64,000 nucleotides of DNA from Methylococcaceae bacterium UBA2778 (GTDB lineage Bacteria > Pseudomonadota > Gammaproteobacteria > Methylococcales > UBA2778). Position 1 is the first letter of the stretch; every line of letters starts with the position of its first letter. A program made the translations under genes and the position numbers. The stretch is taken from the NCBI GenBank assembly GCA_002352385.1, contig DEII01000052.1:5580-69579 (forward strand). The letters are read 5' to 3'. The notes beneath the pieces were generated by a model that made no database searches, had not been told where the DNA came from, and saw nothing but the letters and a program-made list of their open reading frames with translations. Below, piece by piece: positions 31,166-40,410 of this stretch.

Positions 31166-31672
31166 TTATTTTTCCTTGTTATCCCTCTTCTTCATATAGT
31201 ATCTATAAGCGCTCTTTATGGTTCCGGGTCTTTCAGAAGATGAGGTTGCTTTTATTATTTCAGCTTTAATAACTCTGTTAAAACCAGCATCTTTATCAGC
31301 TGCATTTCGAAACCATGCTATCCATCCAAACCATCTAACAGCATGGTAAATTAACGTTTTCTTCCATTTGCTAACACCAAGAACACCCATAGCTTCTAGT
31401 AGAATTAAATCCGCTTCTTTTCTATCTCTTTTAACTTGTTCCCAATATAACCAATCATGTATTACTGCAGCGTTTCCATATTTTCCCCACCTTGGAATTA
31501 TCCACCAAAATACCCTTGGCACTGATGCAAAGTCGGTAGCAAAACCTTTAGAAGCAATAACACAATCACCGCTATTTTCAGTACCTACATGATACTTAAA
31601 GTCGTCAAGCACCACCCACGACTTACCGTCTGACAGCGGTGAAACAACTAAGGCTGTCGTAAATTCACTCAT
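31166..31672 (-). CDS. DUF1353-family protein
   Basis: KGFATDFASVPRVFWWIIPRWGKYGNAAVIHDWLYW matches the DUF1353 core (F.TD..S.P....G.....A..HD.LY) as I recall it. AT-rich. Confidence 0.7.
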   Translation of the reverse strand: MSEFTTALVVSPLSDGKSWVVLDDFKYHVGTENSGDCVIASKGFATDFASVPRVFWWIIPRWGKYGNAAVIHDWLYWEQVKRDRKEADLILLEAMGVLGVSKWKKTLIYHAVRWFGWIAWFRNAADKDAGFNRVIKAEIIKATSSSERPGTIKSAYRYYMKKRDNKEK

Positions 31673-31866
31673 AATGTTCTCCTTGTTGCACTACTCCAAA
31701 GGTAACATGCCCACAAAAGCGTAGTGTCGATAGGAACGTAGCTTTTGTGGGTCAGGTTGACCCGTTGGTTGAACGAGGCCGCTATCGCTGCGGAAAAGAA
31801 AACGGCATTTTTGCTAAACCTCAACCACGTGCTCAATTCGGAGCACAATGACATTTGGAGTTTATC

Positions 31867-31968
31867 ATGAATGCGACAGAACAAACCCGTTTCGATACGT
31901 TGTATAAGCGCCATCTTAGAGCCTTGACGCGCCAGGGTATGAGCGACAAGACGATAGATGGCTATGCG
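31867..31968 (+). pseudogene. N-terminal stub of a tyrosine recombinase of the kind often paired with IS91-family transposases
   Basis: Own translation: MNATEQTRFDTLYKRHLRALTRQGMSDKTIDGYA..., then unrelated sequence and a stop at 32023-32025. Only about 34 aa of the recalled N-terminal pattern (RF..LY..HL..L...G...KTI..Y) are present. Confidence 0.35.
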
Positions 31969-32255
31969 CTTATCGTTACCGTCTTCATCACGATCCCAAG
32001 AATTTGTGCTGCACACGGGCGCTGACATGATTCAATACTCTCCAAATCGGTCAGGAGAGCACCATATCCACAATCGGGCTACCCAAACAGATTTGCATCT
32101 AACCCCCTGCGGTCCTTGTATGCTGAATCCGGTGTGCCGTCCTCCTTTAACCGAGCTTAATCAAGCTCAAAAATCCCACACTTCATTAGGCCGCATTGTA
32201 AAAGGGTCCCGGAGATAGTCCGGGATAAGACACGTCTAAGCAAGGCCGATCCCCC

Positions 32256-32918
32256 TTGGGGTATAGTGACACAATGCCCAATGGACGCAACCGCCAGGTG
32301 CGACCCGTAACGCAAACCCTGCGCGCAATATCCGTTCCCCTTTTCCCCACGGAGAACGGACAGCCTGTGGTGACGGTAACCGCCATCCTTGCCCAGGAAG
32401 AGCATCCTCCCCAAGGGAAAAAGCCGATCCAGTGGAGCCTGCTGACAAACAGCACGGTCCAGACCATTGAAGAGGCACAACAGATGTTGGATTGGCATCT
32501 GTGCCGCTGGCAAATTGAGGTCTTCTTCAATATCTTGAAATCAGGCTGTAAGGTCGAAGAGTTGCAACTGGAGCACGTTGACCGCATCGAAAACGCTTTG
32601 GCCTTCTACCAAATTATCGCCTGGCGTATTCTCTATCTCACTATGCTCGGTCGAGCGTGCCCAGAACTCCCGTGTAATTTGGTCTTCGAAGAACAGGAGT
32701 GGAACGCCGTCTACATGGTTACAAGAAAAGAGTAACCGCCCGAAACACCGCCTTCGATTGATGAGATCATCCGCATGATCGCAAGCTATGGCGACTTTCT
32801 CAACCGAAAGCACGATAGCTTTCCTGACCTTCAAACCATCTGGATCGGTCTGCAGCGATGTCAGGATTTCGTTTTAGGCGTCGAAGCTCAGAAAGTCGTT
32901 AGCGCGAGAAGACGGTAA
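32256..32918 (+). pseudogene. IS4-family (Tn5/IS50-like) transposase, 5'-truncated with an in-frame TAA at 32733-32735
   Basis: ...WSLLTNSTVQTIEEAQQMLDWHLCRWQIEVFFNILKSGCKVEELQLEH.... After the TAA the same frame continues as PPETPPSIDEIIRMIASYGDFLNRKHDSFPDLQTIWIGLQRCQDF, the typical C-terminal tail. The N-terminal half is missing. Confidence 0.8.
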
Positions 32919-33578
32919 CGATATGGGTGTTACGTCCCACGGACAAAAGTACTTCCCGACAACCTAAGGCAAGGGATCCCGGTGAAGCAAAACAGCACGA
33001 AGAGCCATTCGCGGCTGTCGTTATTCGTTAACCGCCGGGCCCGCGTTTTTGCTCACCGCCCTGGTCTGGTTCGCCCGGATCTCCGGGCCACTACAACGAT
33101 TCTGGGTTGCTTGGCACGAACATCCTGATTCGTCCAGCGTTAAACAAAGTTAATCAAGCTGCAATGCTTCGTTAATGTTTCAGATCCAATAACCTGTTAT
33201 TATTTCGAACAATATTTGAAAACAGCGATGCAAACCGATGACAGGTAACTTCACATCCAGAAATCAATAAAAATCTCTTAGAACTGTACGAACCGTCGAT
33301 GACGATAATTTCTTGTGGCAGAATTGACGCGCTTAGTCCCCGATATTGTGCGGAAAGCGATCAATGGTAACCAATCCTCCCTTTTGAACGTAACGAGCCC
33401 TTACTACAAAGCAGAATCTTTTTCGAACCAAGGCGCAAGGCAGAAGCGACCGATCAAAATTGTTATGCCAATCCGCGACTGAATATGGAAAAACTCGAAA
33501 TAAGGAGGATACCCACCAACATCTGAATCGTGATGCTCAGATGGCATTTCTGATCGGCGGACAAGGAGCCATAGACCG

Positions 33579-33896
33579 ATGAAATGCAATTTTTCGAACA
33601 TCAATCTTCAATATTTGATTCAAGCCCGCGATATCGCGAAAGAGGATGTTGAACATGGATCCATCATCCTCGGCATGGATATACAACTTTCCAAGGAACT
33701 GGCCGAAATCTCGCCGCAAGGCCTTTCCATGGTTGCCCGAGTCAAGGTTCCGTTGATTGGCCCTCATCAGCACACGGTATGGTGGAAACGCTTTTTTCGA
33801 GCACTCGATGAAGGTCGTGCCGAGGAAGCCCAGGCCATAATGGAGCATGCAAATTTGATCGCACTCGACAGGCACTATGGCTCCCGAAAAGATTGA
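33579..33896 (+). CDS. FlhD-family transcriptional activator subunit (ICE BisD/SetC-like)
   Basis: The 105-aa sequence INLQYLIQARDIAKED...ILGMDIQLSKELAEISPQGLSMVARVKVPLI parallels the E. coli FlhD N-terminal and central pattern (recalled). It overlaps the next gene by 20 nt. Confidence 0.7.
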   Translation: MKCNFSNINLQYLIQARDIAKEDVEHGSIILGMDIQLSKELAEISPQGLSMVARVKVPLIGPHQHTVWWKRFFRALDEGRAEEAQAIMEHANLIALDRHYGSRKD

Positions 33897-34497
33897 ATCA
33901 AGCAGGCACTCACCCGCACGCGCAAGTCTGCTCGCGCGGGCATTGAGCATCCTCGATGCAGTCGACTTGATCCGTTTGGGCGCCCGCATTCCATTGATTT
34001 GTAAATTGACCGGCTTGGAGCATTCGACAGCGAAGCGTCTGTACCGACAAATCCGAGGGTTTCATGCGCCCGCGGGCCAAGCGCCCTTCACCGACACATG
34101 GTATCTGAAAAGCCATCAAAGAATGCTGCATACAACCATCATCTGGCGGTTGTTTCAGGCATTCGAAGCCACGAGCAAAGCAGCTGCGAGAGCTTTGATC
34201 GACATCTATGGCAGCTATTCCCAAATGGTGCAAAACGTACTTCTTGACGTTACCCGCGCAGCATTCGTCCCACAACTGCTAGCACAGGGCCTATGGCTCG
34301 AATATCGATGTGAGTATTGTTCGCTCAGTTTCATCGGGCCGGAAAACAACGTCAACAAGTCATGTCCTGCCTGCCATCTTTACCACCGGTTTCGTTGCCG
34401 GTTATGCTGCGCCGCGATCGAACAGCGCTCCACCGGACGCAATCGCGACATTTGCGCGTCGTGTTCCGCCCGTCGGAAACGGCGAAACCCCAATTAA
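33877..34497 (+). CDS. FlhC-family transcriptional activator subunit (ICE BisC/SetD-like)
   Basis: ILDAVDLIRLGARIPLICKLTGLEHSTAKRLYRQIRG...PFTDTWY is FlhC-like. The zinc site CEYCSLSF...CPAC (CxxC...CxxC) is present. Confidence 0.75.
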   Translation: MAPEKIESSRHSPARASLLARALSILDAVDLIRLGARIPLICKLTGLEHSTAKRLYRQIRGFHAPAGQAPFTDTWYLKSHQRMLHTTIIWRLFQAFEATSKAAARALIDIYGSYSQMVQNVLLDVTRAAFVPQLLAQGLWLEYRCEYCSLSFIGPENNVNKSCPACHLYHRFRCRLCCAAIEQRSTGRNRDICASCSARRKRRNPN

Positions 34498-34754
34498 CAT
34501 CGATGCGCCCCCCTCTTACCGATTAGAGAAAAGTTCGAAGTAAGAAAACAGGTTCATAAGAGACAGCTCGCCGCCACCTTTTGCCGAAAGGTCATTTGGG
34601 TCTTTACACGGTCTATTCCTGCCGGGTAACGACATGACGGAAAACACAACTGAACCTCCAAATTTAGGCGAATTAATATCCTGAAGCGGCTCGGCTATCA
34701 CCATAAACCAGAACGTACACCAAAGGGGACAAATCATTCACTGGACAACTATCC

Positions 34755-36185
34755 TTACACAGGGCTCTCATCATTGGCTTGGGTTTTCGTGAGATCGATA
34801 TTTGGGTTCGGGATATCACCCAAACCGAATACATTTGAAGCATCCTTTAGCAGGATGCCATTAATCGTTGATGCTTTATTATTGTTTTTCAAAGAGTACT
34901 TATGCACGTTCATCCCGCTGGATTCTTTTTCGTGTAATCCGTGCTTTAGAAATCTCTTTTGTATTTTCAGCCAATCTGTATCATCGCCTTTGGCTTCGGC
35001 ATAGTCCTTAAAGATCCCGGGCGTGGCGAGTAAAACGCCCTCTTCTACGACGTGGATGCGGGCTTTCGCTTCATTCACTTTGATTGATTTGTCGCTAATG
35101 CCGTCCCTCAGCCAGGTCAGGAATTGACCGGCGAAATCGACACCATCTTTCTTCGGAATCTCCTGGTGCGTTGAAAGGGCACATTGCATATCAGGTATGT
35201 TGTGGCTATCGTGAACGCTCCGATCGGCATTGGCATCGCGATGGCCGCCGCCACCGCTATCTTCCGCCGCGATTGAAATGCGGTGGCCGCTGCTTGACCG
35301 ATCATGCGCCTTGGTCGGTTTGTCAAAATCCGACGGTTCTTTCACGGTCATCGCGGATCCAGCTCGACCCGGAGGAATGTTGTTTTTTTCCGGTACGGAT
35401 TGTTTATTGGGCAGAATAAATCGGGCCGCTGATTCTTCCTGCCCGGCAGGCACGTTTGAACATCTAAAAGCCGATGGCTCTCGGGCCTTGGTGATAATCT
35501 CTCCTATACCTCCAGCATCTTCCAAATCACCTGATAAGCACGCGAGCCATTGTGACCGTGCTGCATCGTCACTGGTCAGCCATTTCATCCCCGTCCCGGG
35601 CAGTATGCGGTGAACCAGCAATAGGGACACTTTTTCATCAAGAACATGGCTATTGCGGACAAAATCGATTTTGTACCAGCCTCCCTGCTCATCGATGTAT
35701 CGTGTACACGGCTCCCACTCAGCGCCAATCCCGCCGCCGTCATATACGGTGATGATCTGGTCGGTCACCGGTTTGGCCAAATCACGGCACAAGGCTGCGA
35801 CAAATACCGCATACGTCCAAAGATCTTTTTTTACGGCAATAGTCTCGGTGCTTGCGCCAGCGGGCAACAGATAAGACCGTCTGATTTTTAGAGCCGCACG
35901 AACAACATCCAGGGTTTGCTCCAACATGCTTCGGGGGTTTGATTGATGCTCAGCTACGAAAGCGGGCAGTTGTTGGACGAATCGCGCATAAGCGTGTATC
36001 GCAGGGCGATAATAAGTGTCGAAATGTATTCGCGACACGCCGACCAGTTCATCAATCTGATTCAAGCTGTGGGAATGTTTTTCCAGCAACTTGTCAGGCG
36101 AAAGAACGAGCAAGGCGCCCGGAATCAGCGGCGCAGGTGGTAGGTTAGATGATCGCTGCTTTCGCGAAAAGATTGTTCGAAACAT
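34755..36185 (-). CDS. MobH/TraI-like relaxase homologue of PFGI-1/ICEclc type; short, with a degenerate HD-type motif
   Basis: The N-terminus ...RIHFDTYYRPAIHAYARFVQQLPAFVAEHQSNPRSMLEQTLDVVRAALKIRR aligns by memory to the LPASE.HHH...GGL..H.LEV region. The C-terminus ...FLTWLRDGI...KVNEAKARIHVVEEGVLLATPGIFKDY resembles the TraI_2_C region. It is 476 aa, against the roughly 600 aa or more that I expect. Confidence 0.55.
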   Translation of the reverse strand: MFRTIFSRKQRSSNLPPAPLIPGALLVLSPDKLLEKHSHSLNQIDELVGVSRIHFDTYYRPAIHAYARFVQQLPAFVAEHQSNPRSMLEQTLDVVRAALKIRRSYLLPAGASTETIAVKKDLWTYAVFVAALCRDLAKPVTDQIITVYDGGGIGAEWEPCTRYIDEQGGWYKIDFVRNSHVLDEKVSLLLVHRILPGTGMKWLTSDDAARSQWLACLSGDLEDAGGIGEIITKAREPSAFRCSNVPAGQEESAARFILPNKQSVPEKNNIPPGRAGSAMTVKEPSDFDKPTKAHDRSSSGHRISIAAEDSGGGGHRDANADRSVHDSHNIPDMQCALSTHQEIPKKDGVDFAGQFLTWLRDGISDKSIKVNEAKARIHVVEEGVLLATPGIFKDYAEAKGDDTDWLKIQKRFLKHGLHEKESSGMNVHKYSLKNNNKASTINGILLKDASNVFGLGDIPNPNIDLTKTQANDESPV

Positions 36186-36512
36186 AGTCCATGAACTCTT
36201 TTTCGTCGATCCGCCGATCCTTACATTCGGCGAATTGACATGTCATGATCGTCAGTAACACTTATCCACAATTTCCGTGGATACCTCAGTGCAAATTCGC
36301 GCTAACGAACTATTCGGAATGAAAGTTTTCCGGTTGGACAAAAACGATACAGTTCGTTCCTCACATCAAGTGTTTCGGCCGCCTGGCAGGCTTTGTATTT
36401 ATGATCTCCCGCTTTGCGTTTCACCGGACCCAGGCGCACGCTTTTCAATTGGACTGATCGGGTCGAAGGCGCTATGATCAGATGATCGTTCAATAAAGGA
36501 GCTGGAAGCAAA

Positions 36513-37040
36513 ATGGTTACGCTCACAACGGCTGAAGTCATGACAGGTTTTTTTGTTCTCGGTGGACTCTCATTGTCTGGCCGGTTAGGTCGTACCGCTT
36601 CTGAAACGAACTTTTCTGAAATGCCGGGCCGGCGCATTTACTCCCTGATCGATAAAACCGGAACCTGGATATTTTGGTGCGGTATCGGTCTGTTCCTGAT
36701 TGGTTTCACGATTGGTAGCGCCATTCTTCCTGCCTTGTTTATGCGGGTCGCAGCAATCGGCTATCTGCTTGCGCTTGCGGCGTCCCTTCCGGTGGTTGTT
36801 TCCTTCGTTTGGCGTACCGCACACCTCAAGCACGTGCCGTTTTTCCTTGGTACGATCACAGGATTCGTTATAGCGGTTTTGTCCACCGGGCTCGATTTCT
36901 TGGCCAGCGATGACGTGACCGACGACAGCGAGATTGAGGATGAATACGCGATGTTTCGTAAACGAGGGGGTGCCTTTTTCAACCACAGGACCTGTGAAAT
37001 GGACGACGGCTACGACCTATGCGGAATCTATGACGAGTAA
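36513..37040 (+). CDS. hypothetical multi-pass membrane protein with an acidic C-terminal tail
   Basis: A 175-aa ORF with about four hydrophobic segments (e.g. WIFWCGIGLFLIGFTIGSAILPALF) and the tail DDVTDDSEIEDEY. No family recognised. Confidence 0.45.
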   Translation: MVTLTTAEVMTGFFVLGGLSLSGRLGRTASETNFSEMPGRRIYSLIDKTGTWIFWCGIGLFLIGFTIGSAILPALFMRVAAIGYLLALAASLPVVVSFVWRTAHLKHVPFFLGTITGFVIAVLSTGLDFLASDDVTDDSEIEDEYAMFRKRGGAFFNHRTCEMDDGYDLCGIYDE

Positions 37041-37044
37041 GGCG

Positions 37045-38553
37045 TTATACCAATTTGCCTTTCCCCGCCGTTTTCTTGAGTTGATTGCCTCCGCGTGCGC
37101 CGGCCTCAATACTTGGTGTGCGCATCTGTGAAACGGCGTTGGTGACCTCGCCCCCCACCCTCGTCCCCGCCCACCCCAGCAAGCCGAACCAGAAAACCGG
37201 CAACGCAACGAACATGATCCCGGTTGTGAAGTTGATGACATCGGGGGTCACGGAGCCGGTGTAAAAGCGATACCAGCTGTCGGGCTGCAGGGCAGTCAAA
37301 AGATGATCGTCGAGCCAGTGGGCGATGGCCCAGAGCACGGTCCAGAATTTGATCGCGAACAGGATGATGCTCAGCTGTACGATCGTGCCGATGGAATAGG
37401 AAGAGAACAGCAGCGCGAACGGCAACAGCGCGTAGAACATCATCAGGATCATCGCCTGGATGACCGGTGCTGCGACCTGGATCATGTGCAGTTTGGGATA
37501 GAAGGTGAAGGACTCCAGCAGTGCGCCGACCTTCGCGATGTCGCGGCTGATGATGCCGCCGGCCGTCTCCGAGGTGTAGGCTTCGAGCTCATCAAGGCCG
37601 GTCAGCGCGGCTTCCTCCTGCTCGAGCATGGCCCGGATCGCGAGATCTTCCGCCTGCACCTGGGTGATGCCGCCGACCGAGGCGGGCAGCAGGGTACGGA
37701 AGTTGTCAAGCGCATTGGGTTCCACATGGTCTTGCAATGCCTTTCGGAGCCCGTTGTTCGCATCGTTCCACCAGGCTTTGCAGGTCGGACTGCCGTTTAC
37801 GGGAGTGTAGATGTCCGGATCGTATTCGATATCGCGGTTGGGATCATACGGAAATCCGGGAACCTCGATTCCGGATCGGAACGTATCGTAATAGCCGGCC
37901 GTGTTCACAAAGAACTCCGACCCGATCCATTGAATATCCTCTTCGTCCATGCCGGCGGGCAACGAAGGCCGCTCTTGCTCGAATTTCACCATGGCAGGCA
38001 CGAAACAGTTCTGATAAAACCACTCGGACTGGTAGCGTGTTTCCGGATCGGTGACGCGGCTGTTCTCGATGCCGTATTTCATGGCGCGCAGTTCCGTGGT
38101 GCATGGGATCGCCAGGATGATCGCATCGTCGATGCCGCCGGTGAGCGCCAGGACGCCGTACCACCAGACCGGCACCTGTGCCGTGTTGCTTCCAAGCGCG
38201 ACCGGCGTGAACTCGCCATCATAGGTCGTGCCGGTATTTCCGCCCGATACAGGACCATTGGCGCCGCAGGCTTTGGTGTAACTCAGGTGATCGAGCGAGA
38301 CATCGATGAACGGTTGCGCCGCCAGGACGACCACGGTCAGCATCACCGCTGTGTCGATTTCGGTGCGCCGCAGCGAGGTCGTGGCGGCATCCTTGGCCTC
38401 CTGACTGCGGTAGGGCTCCGCAAAGTTGCGCACCAGCATGCCGATGAAGGGAAGATAGACCAGGCCGGTTTCGGACAGAACATCCCTGATGTTGTCGTAC
38501 AACAGCCAGCCGAATACGGTCGTGTAGAGTTCCAGGTAACTGCCAACGTTCAT
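37045..38553 (-). CDS. TraG_N-type conjugal transfer membrane protein (MPF_G / ICE type)
   Basis: A 502-aa protein starting MNVGSYLELYTTVFGWLLYDNIRDVLSETGLVYLPFIGMLV..., with hydrophobic clusters at both ends. It resembles TraG N-terminal-domain proteins of PFGI-1-type ICEs (recalled). Confidence 0.7.
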   Translation of the reverse strand: MNVGSYLELYTTVFGWLLYDNIRDVLSETGLVYLPFIGMLVRNFAEPYRSQEAKDAATTSLRRTEIDTAVMLTVVVLAAQPFIDVSLDHLSYTKACGANGPVSGGNTGTTYDGEFTPVALGSNTAQVPVWWYGVLALTGGIDDAIILAIPCTTELRAMKYGIENSRVTDPETRYQSEWFYQNCFVPAMVKFEQERPSLPAGMDEEDIQWIGSEFFVNTAGYYDTFRSGIEVPGFPYDPNRDIEYDPDIYTPVNGSPTCKAWWNDANNGLRKALQDHVEPNALDNFRTLLPASVGGITQVQAEDLAIRAMLEQEEAALTGLDELEAYTSETAGGIISRDIAKVGALLESFTFYPKLHMIQVAAPVIQAMILMMFYALLPFALLFSSYSIGTIVQLSIILFAIKFWTVLWAIAHWLDDHLLTALQPDSWYRFYTGSVTPDVINFTTGIMFVALPVFWFGLLGWAGTRVGGEVTNAVSQMRTPSIEAGARGGNQLKKTAGKGKLV

Positions 38554-38569
38554 GTGCTGTCTGTGTTTC

Positions 38570-38953
38570 TCAGTGGATCAAGGAGTCGAAGAACGCCCTG
38601 GGCAGCCCTTGAATCAGAATCCCTTCGATGAGAATCAGCCAGGCAGCGACCCGCCATCGCTGCGATCGAGCGTATTGAATCCGATCGTCGTTCATTCCGG
38701 TCCAGCCGGCCATCAGCTCGATCCAGTGGCACCATCCCCCGATCAGAACGAGAAACAAAAAAACTCTCCAGAGCGTCAGATAAGGCTGCGCCGCCTCGAT
38801 GCTTCGTTCGACGCTCGAATGGCCGGTCTGCACCGTCCACAGAACGACACCGGCGGCAACGAACGCCGACAGGACGACAAAGGCACGGACGATGGATCGG
38901 AAGGCCTTCCCTTCCCGGGACAGGCATTTACCTCGGGCAGCAGATGGTGTCAA
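38570..38953 (-). CDS. small inner-membrane protein of the ICE transfer region
   Basis: A 127-aa ORF with three hydrophobic segments. I prefer it to the overlapping Arg-rich 38550..38927 frame. Confidence 0.5.
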   Translation of the reverse strand: MTPSAARGKCLSREGKAFRSIVRAFVVLSAFVAAGVVLWTVQTGHSSVERSIEAAQPYLTLWRVFLFLVLIGGWCHWIELMAGWTGMNDDRIQYARSQRWRVAAWLILIEGILIQGLPRAFFDSLIH

Positions 38954-38973
38954 GATTCAGGCCGGTTCTCGGG

Positions 38974-40407
38974 TTATTGAACGGCGCCATCGAGCATCAA
39001 CGTACGATCCCGCTCTTTGGGCTTTTTACCGGCTTTCGCGCGGCCGCGAACCATCGACTCGACATCGAGTATGGCTCTGGATGTCGCGGCGAACAGTTCC
39101 TGATGGATCCGCTTCTCGAACAGAATGTCATCGATGTAACGGTCGACCTCGGCCACCGCCTCGTCGATGTAGCCGGGGGCCGGGGACATATAGACGTTGG
39201 GTTCCTTCCTGCCGGTCAGCAGCAGCCGCCGCACCAGAACCGCCTTCTCCATGATACGCGCCATGGCGATCTCCGAAGAGAGCTTTTCGATCGCGACCGC
39301 CTGGTTGGTCGGGTCGAGCCGTTGGATCGATTGAACGAGCTCGGCAGTGATCAAGGTATCGCCACTCGACACCTCCCGGAGGTTATCGAGGGTCGGTGGT
39401 ATGGCACCGGATACCAGGTCGGTCAGCAGCGGTTGAATGGTTTCTTTTTCAGCGTGGATTTTCACCAATAGTCCGTGGCCGGGCGTCGATTCGGTCGATC
39501 GGTTGTCATGGGTGCGGATCAGGATTTCACCGACGACGTCGACCGCCCATTCCGCGGCGCTTTGCGGTCTGTTCCAGTGTTGCACCAGCAGCGGTGCGCT
39601 GGGTCCGGGAGAAACCGCGCCCGCATTCTGCACCGGCCGGTTCATGGTGAGGTTGTAGCCGGCAAAGACCACATCATATACGACACGGATCGGCGGTTGT
39701 CCCTTGCCACCGGCATTGATGCTGCCCAGCCACGGCAGTCCATTGGCGCCGTTGGTCGCCTCGACCGTATCCTGCGCAGTTTTCACATCGACCGCCGCGG
39801 TGCCGCTGCCGCCGGTCGACCCACCGCCGCCCGATCCCATCAGCACTTCCCAGTCCAGCTTTTTCGACAAGGTGATCCAGTCCTGGTACGGGTTCTTCCC
39901 CTCGGCGATCTCGCGTTCCATCTGCTCGCAGGACTTGTGCGCCAGCGATATGATGGCCTCGGCCCGGATCAAGGCGTTCTGGAACAGGTCGTAGAGGCCG
40001 GGGTCGACCCGTTGCATGATCAGCGCAGGAAGTGATCCGATCGCAGCACTGACCGCACTCATGGCGCCATTGATCAGGTTGTTTCCGGTGTTCTTCAGAT
40101 CGTTCAGAATGTTCGAAACACCCAAGGTCGGATCGAACTTGCCGCAGCTGTAGCCGAGCCCCAGCGAGACCGATCCGCCGATGGTTTGAGTAACGACACC
40201 GGCATTGGCAGGGGCGGTGATCGATCCGGCCCCGCCGATCTTGTAATAGAGCTTGCTCAGTTTTGGGCCTGCGATCGGTTCGGCCTGTGATATCAATGGA
40301 TGCATCAGGACGCCGATCAATAGAGCAGCTGAGAACTTTTTTCCAATTGTCATAGTTGAAGCCGGGTCATGGTCATCGCCTGGGTGTGCATTCTCGTCGT
40401 GCAGCAC
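38974..40407 (-). CDS. ICE conjugation protein (PFL_4711-like family), secreted
   Basis: The internal start at 40353 gives a signal peptide, MTIGKKFSAALLIGVLMHPLISQA. Its position and size match the conserved PFGI-1/ICEclc transfer cluster (recalled). Confidence 0.65.
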   Translation of the reverse strand: MLHDENAHPGDDHDPASTMTIGKKFSAALLIGVLMHPLISQAEPIAGPKLSKLYYKIGGAGSITAPANAGVVTQTIGGSVSLGLGYSCGKFDPTLGVSNILNDLKNTGNNLINGAMSAVSAAIGSLPALIMQRVDPGLYDLFQNALIRAEAIISLAHKSCEQMEREIAEGKNPYQDWITLSKKLDWEVLMGSGGGGSTGGSGTAAVDVKTAQDTVEATNGANGLPWLGSINAGGKGQPPIRVVYDVVFAGYNLTMNRPVQNAGAVSPGPSAPLLVQHWNRPQSAAEWAVDVVGEILIRTHDNRSTESTPGHGLLVKIHAEKETIQPLLTDLVSGAIPPTLDNLREVSSGDTLITAELVQSIQRLDPTNQAVAIEKLSSEIAMARIMEKAVLVRRLLLTGRKEPNVYMSPAPGYIDEAVAEVDRYIDDILFEKRIHQELFAATSRAILDVESMVRGRAKAGKKPKERDRTLMLDGAVQ

Positions 40408-40410
40408 AGA

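Noticed and set aside
31669-32028. 119-aa minus-strand ORF abutting the DUF1353 gene.
   Set aside because: It lies antisense to the recombinase stub (MNATEQTRFDTLYKRHL...), has no motif, and spans a compositional junction.
32157-33166. 11-bp direct repeat TTAATCAAGCT at about 32158 and about 33151, considered as possible IS or att boundaries.
   Set aside because: Exact 11-mers are expected to recur by chance many times in 64 kb, and there is no supporting inverted-repeat or target-duplication structure.
34576-34592. Small hairpin ACCTTT-TGCCG-AAAGGT between the convergent FlhC-like and relaxase genes, considered as a bidirectional terminator.
   Set aside because: The stem is only 6 bp and AT-rich, with no adjacent U-tract. 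That is too weak to call.
37303-38631. 442-aa plus-strand ORF antisense to the TraG_N gene. Similar long antisense ORFs occur at 41672-42943, 43115-45076, 45142-45855, 45859-46497 and 47333-48034.
   Set aside because: All lie in the GC-rich T4SS block opposite genes with clear motifs (Walker A, lipobox, signal peptides). Their products are Arg/Gly/His-rich and low in complexity, as expected for stop-codon-poor antisense frames.
38550-38927. 125-aa Arg-rich ORF overlapping 38570-38953 in another frame.
   Set aside because: The alternative frame encodes a plausible three-TM membrane protein that fits the cluster. The Arg-rich frame looks like a GC artefact.
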